From positions 14,508,001 through 14,572,000 of the forward strand of contig NC_092672.1 of assembly GCF_964355755.1 (NCBI RefSeq): a stretch of 64,000 nucleotides of DNA, read 5' to 3'. This DNA comes from Antedon mediterranea (taxonomy: Eukaryota > Animalia > Echinodermata). Below, one piece after another: positions 12,390 through 25,800 of this stretch (its first letter is position 1; every line of letters starts with the position of its first letter). The notes below the pieces were generated by a model that did no database searches, was not told the origin of the DNA, and saw only the letters and a list, made by a program, of their open reading frames with translations. A program made the translations under genes and the position numbers.

Positions 12390-15300
12390 TTACTGCAATA
12401 CAGCATACACAGTGTCCCCAACCTCAATGTTACCTTTTGTCAACAGATTGAAATTTACACCAAAAACAGGTGATTTTTGAAACTTACTGTCTGGGTGAGA
12501 TTTATCCAACATTCTAAATCTACAAATGAAAACATAGGAAAAATCATTTCTAAATATAATTATAAGAACTGATAGCATTTTATGTCTACATCTAGCAAAA
12601 GGACATGATAAATGTTCGTCCTTGTTCTTCAACCCAACAACATTTGAGGCTGTCTGTAATTTTCACTTTAACTCTTTTAAAAGTTTCTTTCCAGTCATAA
12701 TGGTCATGTACCCTGGCTATCAATTAAAAAGTGTTGTGGAATTGTCACAGTACTGGAAACAGGTCCTACATCGAAAATTACCTTTTTTGCATAGACACGA
12801 CCGTGTCCGACAAATTATGACAATTGTTTAAAACATGTTATTTTAAGAGAAAACACAAAGTTAAATTAGATAGGCCTACAATACAAACAACAACCACATA
12901 GCAAATCTTAAAATATATTTAACTAAGATTATTTCAAAATTATTATTAAATACATTGACAGAGGTTGAACTGTAGTTCCATGAGGTTAAAATGTCAGTGC
13001 ATTTTCATAAAAATGGGGTATAAATTCAATTCAATTCAACTTTATTTCAGACAAACTGTCCATATATTATTGATTACTATAGTTTACAAAAACAACACAT
13101 TATTATGGCTATAGTGATACTAGTTAACACACGTAAAAGTATACATGAGATTATATATACAAAAGTTCTGTCCATTTTCTATAATTTACTTTAATTAAAA
13201 GTGCTTACTTTCTAAGTGTCCTTAATGGCTCAGCTTGACCAAGTTTCCCATTCTCTCTATCAATCATTGTTATTGGACATCTGTAAAAATATTTGTATTC
13301 ACATTGAAAATGTATGCAATACATACAGTATAATAATTTTTAGTCATACTAAGTGCCAATATTATTACTTTTTTTAATCATTGGGTCTGAATATTCTTGG
13401 AAAATGTATATACACTTGAAGTAATTCAAATAGTACTATTACTATTACTATTACGACTCGCTCCTAGTTCTGGTGGTGGAACAAGTCTTCTCGGATAAGG
13501 ACTATAAACCGTAGGTCCAGTGTACACAGTTATAACCTGTGTGTACTTTAAAGAAACCCAGTTCATTATTCGAAAAAGAGTAGGGGGTTACCCCGGTGAA
13601 CAGGTTCACACAATAGCCCCTGTATCAGGGGGATTACCACCTATCTGATAGGACAGTGATTAATTCACTATTGGTAATCCTTGGCCACATTGCCTAAAGA
13701 CATAAAATAAAAAAAATAAATAAAATAAATTAAATACATACATTTTCAAAATCCTTTCCATTGTATATTTCAACAATATTATACACATAATGACACAGAC
13801 ATTTTCTGCTTTTATTTAATATATACCCGAGTTTAGGAATTTTTTAAGAAAATATATTCATACAAATCTCAATGCATCTGCTGACATGAGGCTCACGCTT
13901 TTTGAGCCAACATCAATCTCTCAAACCACACATTTAAAATACAGGTATCACACTCGACTTGGCCTAGAAATCACTGATGTTAGACATTCAGTGAGTTGGA
14001 CACTGGTCACTGTTATCACAAGTTATAAATTGTTGCTCCTTGTAGCGGAAGATAGAAGTCAGTCAACAAATCTACCTATGCTATGTAGTAAATATGAATG
14101 CAAGAAACTTACCTTCCACAGTCATGTGTTCTATAAAAGCTAGCACTTCCAATTTTTAGCATAGTCCAATGGTCCTATAGTTGCATTGAAACAAAAATGG
14201 TATACCATAAAATGTTTCTCTTAAAGCAATGAACTTTAATTGAGATGAGGTGGTCTATCTCTATTAATGAAAACAAATAAAAATGTTTTCTACTTTAAAA
14301 AGAACAGAAGGGTTGCAAGGATAAATAGAACCAAGATGATTGCAATTTTGTGAATTCATTATGTAGTAAATTTTCACATGATACATTATCTCATGCTGAT
14401 TTTACTTGGGAATTGCACCAAAAAAGTTCTAATTTAAATTATCAAAACGTGCAAATTTAGTTCAATATCCTTTTTTATCTCCACATCATGTGTGTTTAAT
14501 TTTAAAAACAAAAGTGCTGTGCAATTTGTTTGACTTAAATTCTAGATTGCCTAGACTATACCGGATATATAGAAAAATACTGTATATAGCGGCCATTTTG
14601 GGTTTATGGACATTAACCTAATTTCTTCAACTACATTTTTTCTCTATTTTTAATATGTTGTTCTGATAGGTCTTTGGAGATATTTACCACAACAATAAAT
14701 TCTGTTCTAATTTTGTCTAGGTACAGTATACCCATTATTTTGCTACATTGACTAGACTAATATAATGATGTTGAAGATTACATTAATAGAAAATGGAATA
14801 CAAATTAATGTTTCTTACTTCAGCAAAAGCATTGCTCCCTGTAACAGTAATGTTACCACGAAACTGCTGTAGGCCTAGAGGCTCTTCCATTCTGTGATTG
14901 AGTTCATCAAGAGATGCAATGCTATTGACATGAAATTGGGTCATGTACTGATACAATGCCTAGAAAAAATAATATCAGCCCTTAGTGTTGTGCTGTAGGA
15001 AGGTACCAATAATATAATGCTATACTCCAGGATATAAACCATCACTGTTCGGAAGGTCATTGTTTGTCGTTTTAGACTTTCAGGCTTTTGGACGAGTGTC
15101 TTTTATAGAAGGTGCCTCTATTATGAGAGTTATTCGAAAAAGTAATGTTAATAATTTTACTAGAGAAGGCACACCAACCAATGAACTTTAGATTTAAAGA
15201 ACATGAGAAGCCAATAGCAGTCAGTGGGGAGAGTTAAGCTAGGTACTTGTTTGCATTAGAAGCAGATAAAACAAAATGTATTTTTAACTTAAAGCTCAGG

Positions 15301-18300
15301 TACAGGCATGAATTTTAAATATAATATTTGGTTAATTGCACATAAATCAAATATTTGTAATAGAAATCAAGACGAAAAAACATGAATTTCCCTTAATATG
15401 TTCAAATACAAAATTTGGCAAAATTCTTCCATAAAAACCAGGAAGACTTTTTTTCAGTAGTTAGGTAGTTAACCTAATGTAATAACATGTCTGGTGACTC
15501 CCTAGAAGGTGAAAAAAGATGGTGGAGGATATACGGTGGATAATTTTTGCTATAGCATGAAAATAAAAATCTGAAGTTGAATAAAAATACCAGAAATGTA
15601 ATATTCAAGTTATATTACATATACTTAGTCATCTGATAACATTTTTTACCCCACCGTTTATTTTTCATAGCTTTTTAAAATGCCTCTCTATTTACAAAAT
15701 GTGTGTACAAAAGAATAGAGATTTTACTGTGTAATTTGAACTACTGTATCCCCCCACTGATAAGAAAGTGCTTATTTTCAACAAGCTTGTGTAACACAAA
15801 TAAAATCCCAAAAACTAATGAAACATAAGGGAAACTATAGATCGATAATTATTGGAATGTATGATCAATAGAAATTTTTTGCCCACACCTGTCCTTTAAG
15901 AATAAACAAAATACCTGTAGTGAAATATAAAATTTATTTTGAGTAATTAACAACAGCCTAATTTTAGTGATGCAAGCTTAGAAAATAAAAGACAGTGAAT
16001 GGTGAAAATTTGATTGTGAAAAAAAACATAAAATTGTCATGTATGAATAAATTATATCACATTTCACTAACCTTCTCTTTGCCAGTAAACCTTTCCTTCC
16101 ACACTGGATGATCTTTAAATTTACGTCCTTGTACACAGCCATCATGTACAATCATTCTGTAGGTTTTGTTACTTTTAATAACATTTGAGATCCACATACA
16201 AGCTTCTTCTCCACAGTCATAACCATAAACTATACTTTCATGTAACCTTAAAATAGCAAGAAGCAAAACCTATACATGTTTCAGTTTTTTAAAGGTTGAT
16301 ATACAGTATTATCTACAACTGTTGATAGGATCTAGAGATTTTGCTACAAGAATGAATTATAGAAAGGGTAAACAATTTAGAGATCATCAAAAGATTTTGT
16401 AGGACTAGATAACTGGTAATGAATTTGCCCCATTAGTAATTTTGGTTGTATGTTTTATTCAAGTCAAATTTCAGCAAACTATACAATGGTGTATACATCT
16501 GCTAGCCAGGCCCTTACACATTATGGTGGAATTGAGAAATATGAAATTAATGAAGTTTGGAGCAGCTGGTATATCAGTATAGTTTCAAGCACCACTCATT
16601 CAATCAGGAGAACATTCTCAGAGAAAATTTATTTTTACATTTTTATAGTGGGTGAATTTTAAAATGTCAATCTATTTTTATTTTGGCAGTAACTAAAAAA
16701 ACTCACTTAGCTTTTACCAATTCTGCATTCCTATTAGGCGACAGTGGTACCTGTATTGATGGATGGCCCTTTGCACTCAATACCAGATGATGTGCATCAT
16801 CTGACAAAGATGTTTTTATCAATGCTACTGAAGGCTCATTCTTAGCAACAAGGTATTTATTATCTTTGTCCACTAACATCCACTTCCTAAACATTAAATG
16901 ATAAAATATGTAAAAAAGAATGTACGGTATATTATTAATGAATACAGCAATTATCTTGCATAATACCAACCCAATATAAAAATTAGAAAAATCAACTTTC
17001 TACCCGTTTCATGTAATTTTAAACAAATTTTACGCACCTGGTGCGCACGTTGCGTAAAAACATTTTTTTTTCGTGTGAATTATGTTTTTCCAGCCTTTTC
17101 TAGTAATTTTCCCAACTTTTAAACAATTTCTATGGAAGGCAATCGCCACTAAAAATACGAAAGTAAAACAAACAACATACTTTCACAAAAAAACAATATA
17201 CTTTCATACTATACATTGCGTTTGTCGTGCAGATAACTAACTCGTCAAAGTGTCATTTTTTGTGACTTGCATATCTCAAAACTTTCAAACAGAACATTTC
17301 GTTAATTTTTTAACATATAGACATTTACCGCAAAACCTTGAAAAGAAGCCCATGGGCTTCTTCTTTTTTTAGTGCTCTTGGGTGGGCTTCTTTTCGAGAT
17401 GGGCTTCTTTTCGAGAGTACTTTTGCAACCTGTAGAGGGAGGCTTCTTTTCGAAATGAATGCTGTAAATTTTGTGAATTTCTACTACAATAATATGACTT
17501 TTCATCTAGATTTAAAGGACACCATATTTTTCAGTACAATTACGAAATAAACGAAGAAATTATATGTAAACTGGAACCTGAAAACAAGAAAAGTCTAGCC
17601 AGAAATGCAATCAAGGTATGTAATGTTCGTTGAATGATGTTGGACATGTTCCTGAATGTTTGGTTCAGAAAATAGCTCCGTTGATGAAAGATAGGACAGT
17701 AGTGCAGCTTAAAGCCAAGATAACTGGAATGGAACAAACGGCGCCAGAAGGAAAATGGGTACTTGGTGGAGATGTAGAAATTCCCTGCCGATTTTACATA
17801 TTTGCCAACGAAGCAGACAAGAAAAAGATACAAGATGCGATCAAATCAAAGCACCATTTGGACGACAATAAACTGTAAAATAAATGTGTGATAAAAACGA
17901 TCATACATATTAATTATTATCATCAGTCTGCATCACAAGTACGTGTTTGTATTGTTTATTTCTGTTCCTTTGACGTTCAGTTAATAAACCTACATTCTTA
18001 GTCTATCTTGAAAAGAAGCCCAGGGGGCTTCATTTCGAGATGGGCTTCTTTTCGAGAGTACTTTTACAAAAATCTGTAGAGGGGGACTTCTTTTCGAGAT
18101 GGGCTTCTTTTCAAGATTTAAGCCCATGGGCTTCTTTTCGAGGTTTTACGGTATGTGAAGTTGTGCACCTCCTATTGTTGAACGACTTCAGAGTTGCGCA
18201 ACACGACTTACGCACAAGTTTATGAATTACAATGATTGATCATAGGATAAAAACAAAAGTGATTTTTTATTGACACTTGGTGATCTAATATTATATAATA

Positions 18301-19217
18301 CATTAAGACCACATAAACACATATTCTTATTAAAGCACAGGCGCGCATATAGTAGTGTGTGCTGCATAGGGCATATCTGATTGGTTGATTGCATTTCAGC
18401 TCAGCAGCTGCCATCTTGTTGGTTCCCTCTCCATGAAGAATCACTTTTTCAACTGCGATAACATTTTGGAGTTTGCGATCTAGCCTTCTTTGGGTCGGTA
18501 GCAGCCATATTGAAGAGAAGCTCTTACGACGATTCAGCCCAAAAGTGGGCCGAAACATCCCACTTCGAGGGCCAAACCGCCTCACTTTAGACCAAATTCA
18601 TATTTATTTTCTATTATATTTATCAAGTTTTTAAAGATGTTTAACAATCCGTATTTTATTGATACAGCAGTATTGACAATGTTGATATAATCTCTAAATT
18701 ATACTTTATAAAATAGGCTATGAAATGAATTACTAAAAAAACCTATTCATATTACATTCGCCAATCGGCCAACAGAGGGCGTAACTTGTTTACATCGTAA
18801 AAAATGATCATTTTCGACATGACAATGTTTTCAAATTAAATAGTTTGCTTTTAAATATTGCATCTTTATTATCAACCACCTCGACTTATACATTTAAGTG
18901 TGCCGAATCGTCTCATGGCCGAATCGTCCCGGGCCGAATCGACTCAGGGCCGAATCGTCCCGCTACCCGTATGATGACCACACTCACCGGTCTCGGAGTT
19001 CTCCGGCTTTGATACCCCGATCAGTACATTCAGCCTTCTGGACATACACACCGCCACATGATTTTATTGGGTGTATACATATTTTGCACACTTTTCCTAC
19101 TTCAATATACTCAAGAGGTTTATTTCTACGACGTATATACCAAATTAAACTTGCTGTAGTTAGGAAAGTTGACAATAATACAATCAAAATCAAACCCTGT
19201 CCTTGTTGGTTCGTCAT
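12390..19217 (-). CDS. MTARC: mARC (MOSC family) copy B, complete, 7 exons, 329 aa
   Basis: Exons 19217-18988, 16886-16707, 16246-16072, 14959-14819, 14174-14113, 13280-13209, 12519-12390 total 990 nt in one open frame. Motifs HPIKSCGG, DRKWMLVD, YDCGEEA, ASLDELN, FRGNI, AFAEDHW, DCGRCPITMID (Moco-binding Cys), EPLRTLRKFR, SPVFGVN, IEVGDTVY. Confidence 0.94.
13455..13730 (+). mobile_element. 5'-truncated SINE with Deu/Nin-domain-like core
   Basis: TCGGATAAGGACTATAAACCGTAGGTCC...AAAGAAACCC...TTCGAAAAAGAGTAGGGGGTTACCCCGGTG resembles the DeuSINE central domain as I recall it; A-rich tail follows. Confidence 0.7.
15293..15895. mobile_element. Non-autonomous Kolobok-like element
   Basis: TTAA on both sides; short imperfect TIR AGCTCAGGT / ACCTGTCCT. 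Confidence 0.5.
17328..18151 (+). mobile_element. TA-flanked non-autonomous DNA transposon carrying a degraded HIRAN-like ORF
   Basis: TIR CCGCAAAACCTTGAAAAGAAGCCCATGGGCT / AGCCCATGGGCTTCTTTTCGAGGTTTTACGG; TA TSD; GGGCTTCTTTTCGAG subterminal repeats. Internal FKGHHIF..ICKLEPEN..NAIKV / VGHVPE..GGDVEIPCRFYIF with a frameshift. Confidence 0.85.
18899..18968. repeat. GCCGAATCGTC repeats, probable MITE terminus next to mARC-B exon 1 donor
   Basis: Four GCCGAATCG units ending CGCTACCC. Confidence 0.55.
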
Positions 19218-19929
19218 TGTGATGGTGGAGGATAGTATGGAAGGCCACTTACGTCAAATAAAATTAGTCTCGTATAGGCACAATCAGTTATAAATAGTAG
19301 GGTTGATCACAGGGCAGCAATTTTTCTTTCCATGATTCAACCATTAAACTATATTCTTTTGTACTTTGTAGTTGGGGTTTAGTTAGTAAATGTATAGTTT
19401 TGAAATAGAGGGAGAATTCATAATTGTCTCTTGTATTTTGCTGTCCAATTTTATAACTCTTTATTTACGACATTGCATTACCATTTTGCCATACCAACAT
19501 ATAATATGCCATGAATATTTTTAAAATGTGATTTTCCCCCCCCCCCCCATTCTTTTTCATCTAAATGAATGTTACCTTTCTGAAAGGTTTCAGCATTCTC
19601 CCCTTGTCAAAACATTCTGCAGATAGTATTACATCCAGCAGACAACGCATTATTATAATTGTCAGACAAGTTATTTTTTGTACTGATGAAAACAAGAAAT
19701 CTGTTATTAAACTGACTAGAACAAAGGAAATCTAACAAAAGGACAACAAGCTCTACTAAATCAAAAGGTTGAATGAGCAGTTCTCGGACTTGACTGTCTT
19801 TCTCGAATGTCATTAACACACACACACCAATCTGCCGTCAATACATTCCAAACACTTCCAACTATTGTTTTGGAAGTTAACAATCTTGTACTTGAGCATG
19901 CAGTAAATGGACATCTATGATTGGCGAAG

Positions 19930-20030
19930 TATTGGATTAGTAAGGCCTTTGATACTGTCCCACATCAAAGACTACGGAATGTATGGTATCGATGGAATCT
20001 TTTGAAATGGACTTTTTCTTACTTAGCTGT
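19930..20030 (+). mobile_element. Short CR1-type reverse transcriptase fragment
   Basis: SKAFDTVPHQRL motif. Confidence 0.55.
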
Positions 20031-20405
20031 GTTTCAATCAAGACAGAGAAATATCCCAAACATGTCCTTGGTCCTTCTTTATATCATCTACAATACGATG
20101 TGTTTGTCGACTACAGCACAGTAATGGTTTAATTTCATAAAACGTACATGTATGCCAAATCTGATGATTTTTTCATAAAATGATTATGAATCCAAACTGT
20201 ATACAACAGCCAAAGTTTAAAACGTGTGACAAGAAGTTAGTAAACTATATGGGTGGCATCATGGACAAATGTAACATTTTGTAGTACTGATACAGCATTT
20301 AATTTTTACAATTCATGATTGTGATACTGAGAAGTTTTGTGAAGTTGAAAAAGCTTCAAAACTAATTATTTGATTTGAATGAGGTCAAAAGCTCAAAGTT
20401 TAGCC

Positions 20406-21995
20406 CCACCACTAAACAGCCTGGGCTCAAGTTGATATTACTACTACTTTACTGCACCACCACTAAACAGCCTGGGCTCAAGTTGATATTACTACTACTT
20501 TACTGCACCACCACTAAACAGCCTGGGCTCAAGTTGATATTACCACTACTTTACTGCACCACCAAACAGCTTGGGCTCAAGTTGATATTACCACTACTTT
20601 ACTGCACCACCAAACAGCCTGGGCTCAAGTTGATATTACTACTACTTTACTGCACCACCACCAAACAGCCTGGGCTCAAGTTGATATTACTACTACTTTA
20701 CTGCACCACCAAACAGCCTGGGCTCAAGTTGATATTACTACTACTTTACTGCACCACCACTAAACAGCCTGGGCTCAAGTTGATATTACCACTACTTTAC
20801 TGCACCACCACTAAACAGCCTGGGCTCAAGTTGATATTACCACTACTTTACTGCACCACCAAACAGCCTGGGCTCAAGTTGATATTACTACTACTTTACT
20901 GCACCACCACTAAACAGCCTGGGCTCAAGTTGATATTACTACTACTTTACTGCACCACCACCAAACAGCCTGGGCTCAAGTTGATATTACCACTACTTTA
21001 CTGCACCACCACCAAACAGCCTGGGCTCAAGTTGATATTACTACTACTTTACTGCACCACCACTAAACAGCCTGGGCTCAAGTTGATATTACCACTACTT
21101 TACTGCACCACCAAACAGCTTGGGCTCAAGTTGATATTACTACTACTTTACTGCACCACCAAACAGCCTGGGCTCAAGTTGATATTACCACTACTTTACT
21201 GCACCACCAAACAGCCTGGGCTCAAGTTGATATTACTACTACTTTACTGCACCACCACCAAACAGCCTGGGCTCAAGTTGATATTACCACTACTTTACTG
21301 CACCACCACCAAACAGCCTGGGCTCAAGTTGATATTACTACTACTTTACTGCACCACCACTAAACAGCCTGGGCTCAAGTTGATATTACCACTACTTTAC
21401 TGCACCACCAAACAGCTTGGGCTCAAGTTGATATTACTACTACTTTACTGCACCACCAAACAGCCTGGGCTCAAGTTGATATTACCACTACTTTACTGCA
21501 CCACCAAACAGCCTGGGCTCAAGTTGATATTACTACTACTTTACTGCACCACCACCAAACAGCCTGGGCTCAAGTTGATATTACCACTACTTTACTGCAC
21601 CACCACCAAACAGCCTGGGCTCAAGTTGATATTACCACTACTTTACTGCACCACCAAACAGCCTGGGCTCAAGTTGATATTACCACTACTTTACTGCACC
21701 ACCAAACAGCCTGGGCTCAAGTTGATATTACTACTACTTTACTGCACCACCACTAAACAGCCTGGGCTCAAGTTGATATTACCACTACTTTACTGCACCA
21801 CCACCAAACAGCCTGGGCTCAAGTTGATATTACCACTACTTTACTGCACCACCACCAAACAGCCTGGGCTCAAGTTGATATTACCACTACTTTACTGCAC
21901 CACCAAACAGCCTGGGCTCAAGTTGATATTACCACTACTTTACTGCACCACCACCAAACAGCCTGGGCTCAAGTTGATATTACCACTACTTTACT
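20406..21995. repeat. Minisatellite, 32 units of 48/51 bp
   Basis: Unit CACCAC(CAC)YAAACAGCYTGGGCTCAAGTTGATATTACYACTACTTTACTG; 14 short and 18 long units counted from the ORF-track translation. Confidence 0.98.
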
Positions 21996-22895
21996 TTTAA
22001 TATTACAGTAATACAAATAAAGTACATTTGACAAACCTTAAATAATTTTTTTTTTATTTTTTTTTCTTTGTTTTTCTTAAATATAGTACAGCAGCCATGA
22101 ATCATCATTCTGTATTAATACATAGTTGCATTCAGATTGTAAGCTCAGTTAATTCCAATTAATTGTTATAAATTTTTAATTGGAAGCTATAAAGATTCCT
22201 TAAATGCATGTTGCATTGGAAACATAACTGGCTCAAATTAATTGCTTCACATTATCCTTATTTGTCATAAAAATTTACTTAATATAAAAATTAAATATTC
22301 TTTATTACTGATTACAAACAAAACAAATATTTTCCATTTGGAAATAATAGGTAGTAAACAAAAAACAATAGGTCAAAGCAATTAGTAATGCTTTATTATT
22401 AATTCTATATAACATTTCCAAGGCCTTATTCAATAACAATTATTCCACCACCAAAGGTAGTTATAATAATGCATTTTTCAAAATATCACCCAACCCTTTT
22501 CAGCTTTAGCATTTCATGTCTCATTTACTAAACAAAAATGTTGTTTCCATTATTTTCAGATTTTTTTTTTTATTTTTTTATTTTTTGTCAAATGGAAGCA
22601 TTTCAATTTCACTTAAAGCATTTCTTATGAAATGCTATGAAATGATATGTATATATATGTATATATATATTCATTCATTGACCAATAGTTAGATAACTGG
22701 AAGAATTCTACTGGTCTGCACTTTTGATATGTATGCACACCGACAAAATAAAATAGACTATATGAGAACACCTGTGTGAAGAGATCCTGGATTGGTGAAC
22801 AACCTACTCGCTCACAAGTTCAAAGGTCATAACTAGTGAGTTAATGATCAAGTAACTGTTTGTTCAGAAGTTCATTATTGACGTCCCGCATTTGT

Positions 22896-25800
22896 TTAGT
22901 TATCAGGTCCATCATCTGGTTCTGCTTCGCCTAACCATGTGAAGAACGAAGTGACAGACTTTAGCGCTACACCTTTACCTTCGGATTCACGTGGGTCACT
23001 ACAGTCTTGCCAGCTGTAAAAAGTATCTTCACAGATTACATCTTCATCATACAGAACATCAAACAAAAGTCGTAAAAGACCTGAAAATAAAGAATTTGAA
23101 TTTAATTTAAATTTAATAATACAGTATTAAAAGCGCAAGATCAATCATTTGTGTGTACATTCGAGCAAAAATGATGTGAAAAGATGATGTCCTAAAGGCA
23201 AGTAAGGACTACATAATTAGTAAGACTTTACTCTACAAGTCTAGATTCTTACCAGTTTAATTAGGTAAAACAATGCAATTCAAACCCATTTGTGAAAACA
23301 TTTTCAATTTAGTAATTATTATTATTATTATTTACATTTATTTACCCAGGGTAGCCCAAACAGTTAAGAACTGGTTTCCATTGGGGCCCTGCATTTTACG
23401 TACAAAAGCAATAGCACACAGTTAATAATGCTTGTATTACAATCAAAATATGGAAAAAAAAAAAAAATTATTTAAAAAAATCAATAAATATACAACAAGT
23501 AATAATATAGTTCATGAATTATAAACCAGTAAAATAACATTAAGTGTCAAAACAGCAATCCAGCTAGCAAGCTAGAGTTTCTGCCATGCCACACAGTACA
23601 ATAATTGGTCAATGTTTGTATATTGTACCTGGTGGATTCGCTAAACTATTGTTAAGCGACTGCACAGCAAACAGGGCTTGCAGCTCCCTTTTTTCTTTAC
23701 TGTCAATATATTTCTGTAATAAAGGTGCTCTTCGTTTTAGCATATCACTGTCTCCTCGACTTGCTGGTCCTTCACCTAAAGAAAACAATTTATCAATAAT
23801 ATATTTAATCTGTTGCAAGTTAATTGATATGAATCTTTTACAATTTTATCTACACTTTATTAGTACACAATATTTTCATGAGTTGAATAGATCACGATTT
23901 CAACAAATGAAAATCAAAAGAAAAATAACGCTAAAAAAGTATTTCAAATTTGTTTTTAAATTTCCAGAGTACACTAAAACAAGAATCATAATGATCTTTT
24001 AAATGTTGCTCTAACAAACTTCTTTTACGTTCAACAATGCTTTGGTAGGTTTCGGCATGTGTATCAAATAACTTGCATTGCGCAAGTCACATTTAAATTT
24101 ACATACAAATCATTGTTGTTGTTAATGATTGTTGGCTTTCTTTAGCCTACTTTCTTAATAAATTCCCTACTACTGTAGTAAACAGGGACAATGTTTGTCA
24201 ATCTTGCAAATTAGTCAATGAAAAATATTCTTCCCATTTAATTATTTGTTAACACAAGGACGACAACAATTTCCAGTACAAAATGTCTGGCATTCGACAA
24301 TTGTCAATCTTATGAAAGACGCTAAATTTTTATCTTCTTTAGCTAGGCTTAATAACTCCAGAAAATGAGGGATGTCATGATTGAAAGCTTTGATCTTTAT
24401 TTGGATTCAATTTTAAACTATGTAATCTTACCCGTAATTGCACTTTCACATACAACTGTTGTTAGTGCACGAATAAAGTCATTTTCTTTAGTTCTTATAT
24501 TGGTAAAATGCCTCTGCAAAAAAATAAGTACAATTTTGTGTCAATTATATCACTCGCTGTTAAAAGAAAATCTTTAAATGACCAGCTGGCTACTCTACAT
24601 TTAGAATTCTAAATAACATTAAAAAACATTCCAAACATCAGAAAAAGATTTAAACAATGGCAATTTTATAAAAGTGCATATTCTAAGGTATAAATGTGCT
24701 GAAAACCCCCTCCCCCACCGACACACTTCTCCCTATACCACCTCAGACAACGACACAGATGATCTATGGCGAGTGTGAGAGAGATCAGCTTTTCTGCCGA
24801 CCACCACTCATGACATGCTGGTGAGAACAACCCTGATATACAATACACAAAACTCTCGGCCGGCGAGCAAAATTATGTAGGCCTCGCTAAAAAATCTTTG
24901 ATAAATCAAGCCCTGATCCCACAAGGCAGATCGACCATGCTCAACCGTGAGCGTTTACCATTTTTTGTCGGTGTAATTAGTGATACGTGTAATTAGTGGT
25001 CCATGTAATTAGTGGGCCGTGTAATTAGTGGTCTGTGTAAACATGTTTAGCTATACCATTTTACGGAACAGTTTTTTGTTATTTCACAATCACACTTGCA
25101 GTGGTAAATTCTATGCAGTGGTGGTACACACAAGGGTTGCCATAGAGGCGAAGGAGGAGAACTTTACTCCAAGCCAACTTATGTAATTTTATCTGCTTTA
25201 AACGTCTGTTTAAAAACTGATACTAAGGAACAAAGGATTTACACAAAAGAAAAATGCTATCTTGATATGAACAGACCTTGGCTAAACTGAAATTCCAGGG
25301 CTGTCTATCCTTATATGGGTTGAATAATAAAAACAATAACAATAAATAACATAAACAGTATATAACTTACATCAATCCATTGAAAGACTACCTCATTTTC
25401 AGAATTCTGTTCTTTTAGAATATACTTTAGTTCTGCTTGCATTTTATCTAGGTTCATACTGGTAGATGAGGTAGACAATGCACTTTGAAGAAAACCCAAC
25501 TCCTTAAACCAAACAAACAATTATATTGGTATTTCAAGTAAAATAAAAGCCAATAAATAATCAATAAAGAATTACCCATAATAAACAATGTTCTTTTTAA
25601 AAACTGATTTTATTTTCTTTAATGTTTTTTTTAATCACTTTTTTCTTTTGCGTTGTTGCATGTTTACCTACGAGAGGTGGTTGATTATGAGAAGTGATCC
25701 TTGTGAGAGGACGTGGCCATTTAAAAGGTGGTCACTTAAAAGAGGTAGTGATCATCGGGAGAGGTGGTTGATTATGAGAGTTGGTAGATTATGAGAAGCG

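Noticed and set aside
20406-21995. CRISPR-like appearance of the arrays (also 34052-34523 and 41448-41708)
   Set aside because: No unique spacers, no cas genes, eukaryotic context.
20375-22000. 541-aa ORF (TTKQPGLKLILLLLYC)n
   Set aside because: Artefact of a repeat with 48/51-bp units lacking stops in one frame; TTG start, and no codon-position bias in the variation.
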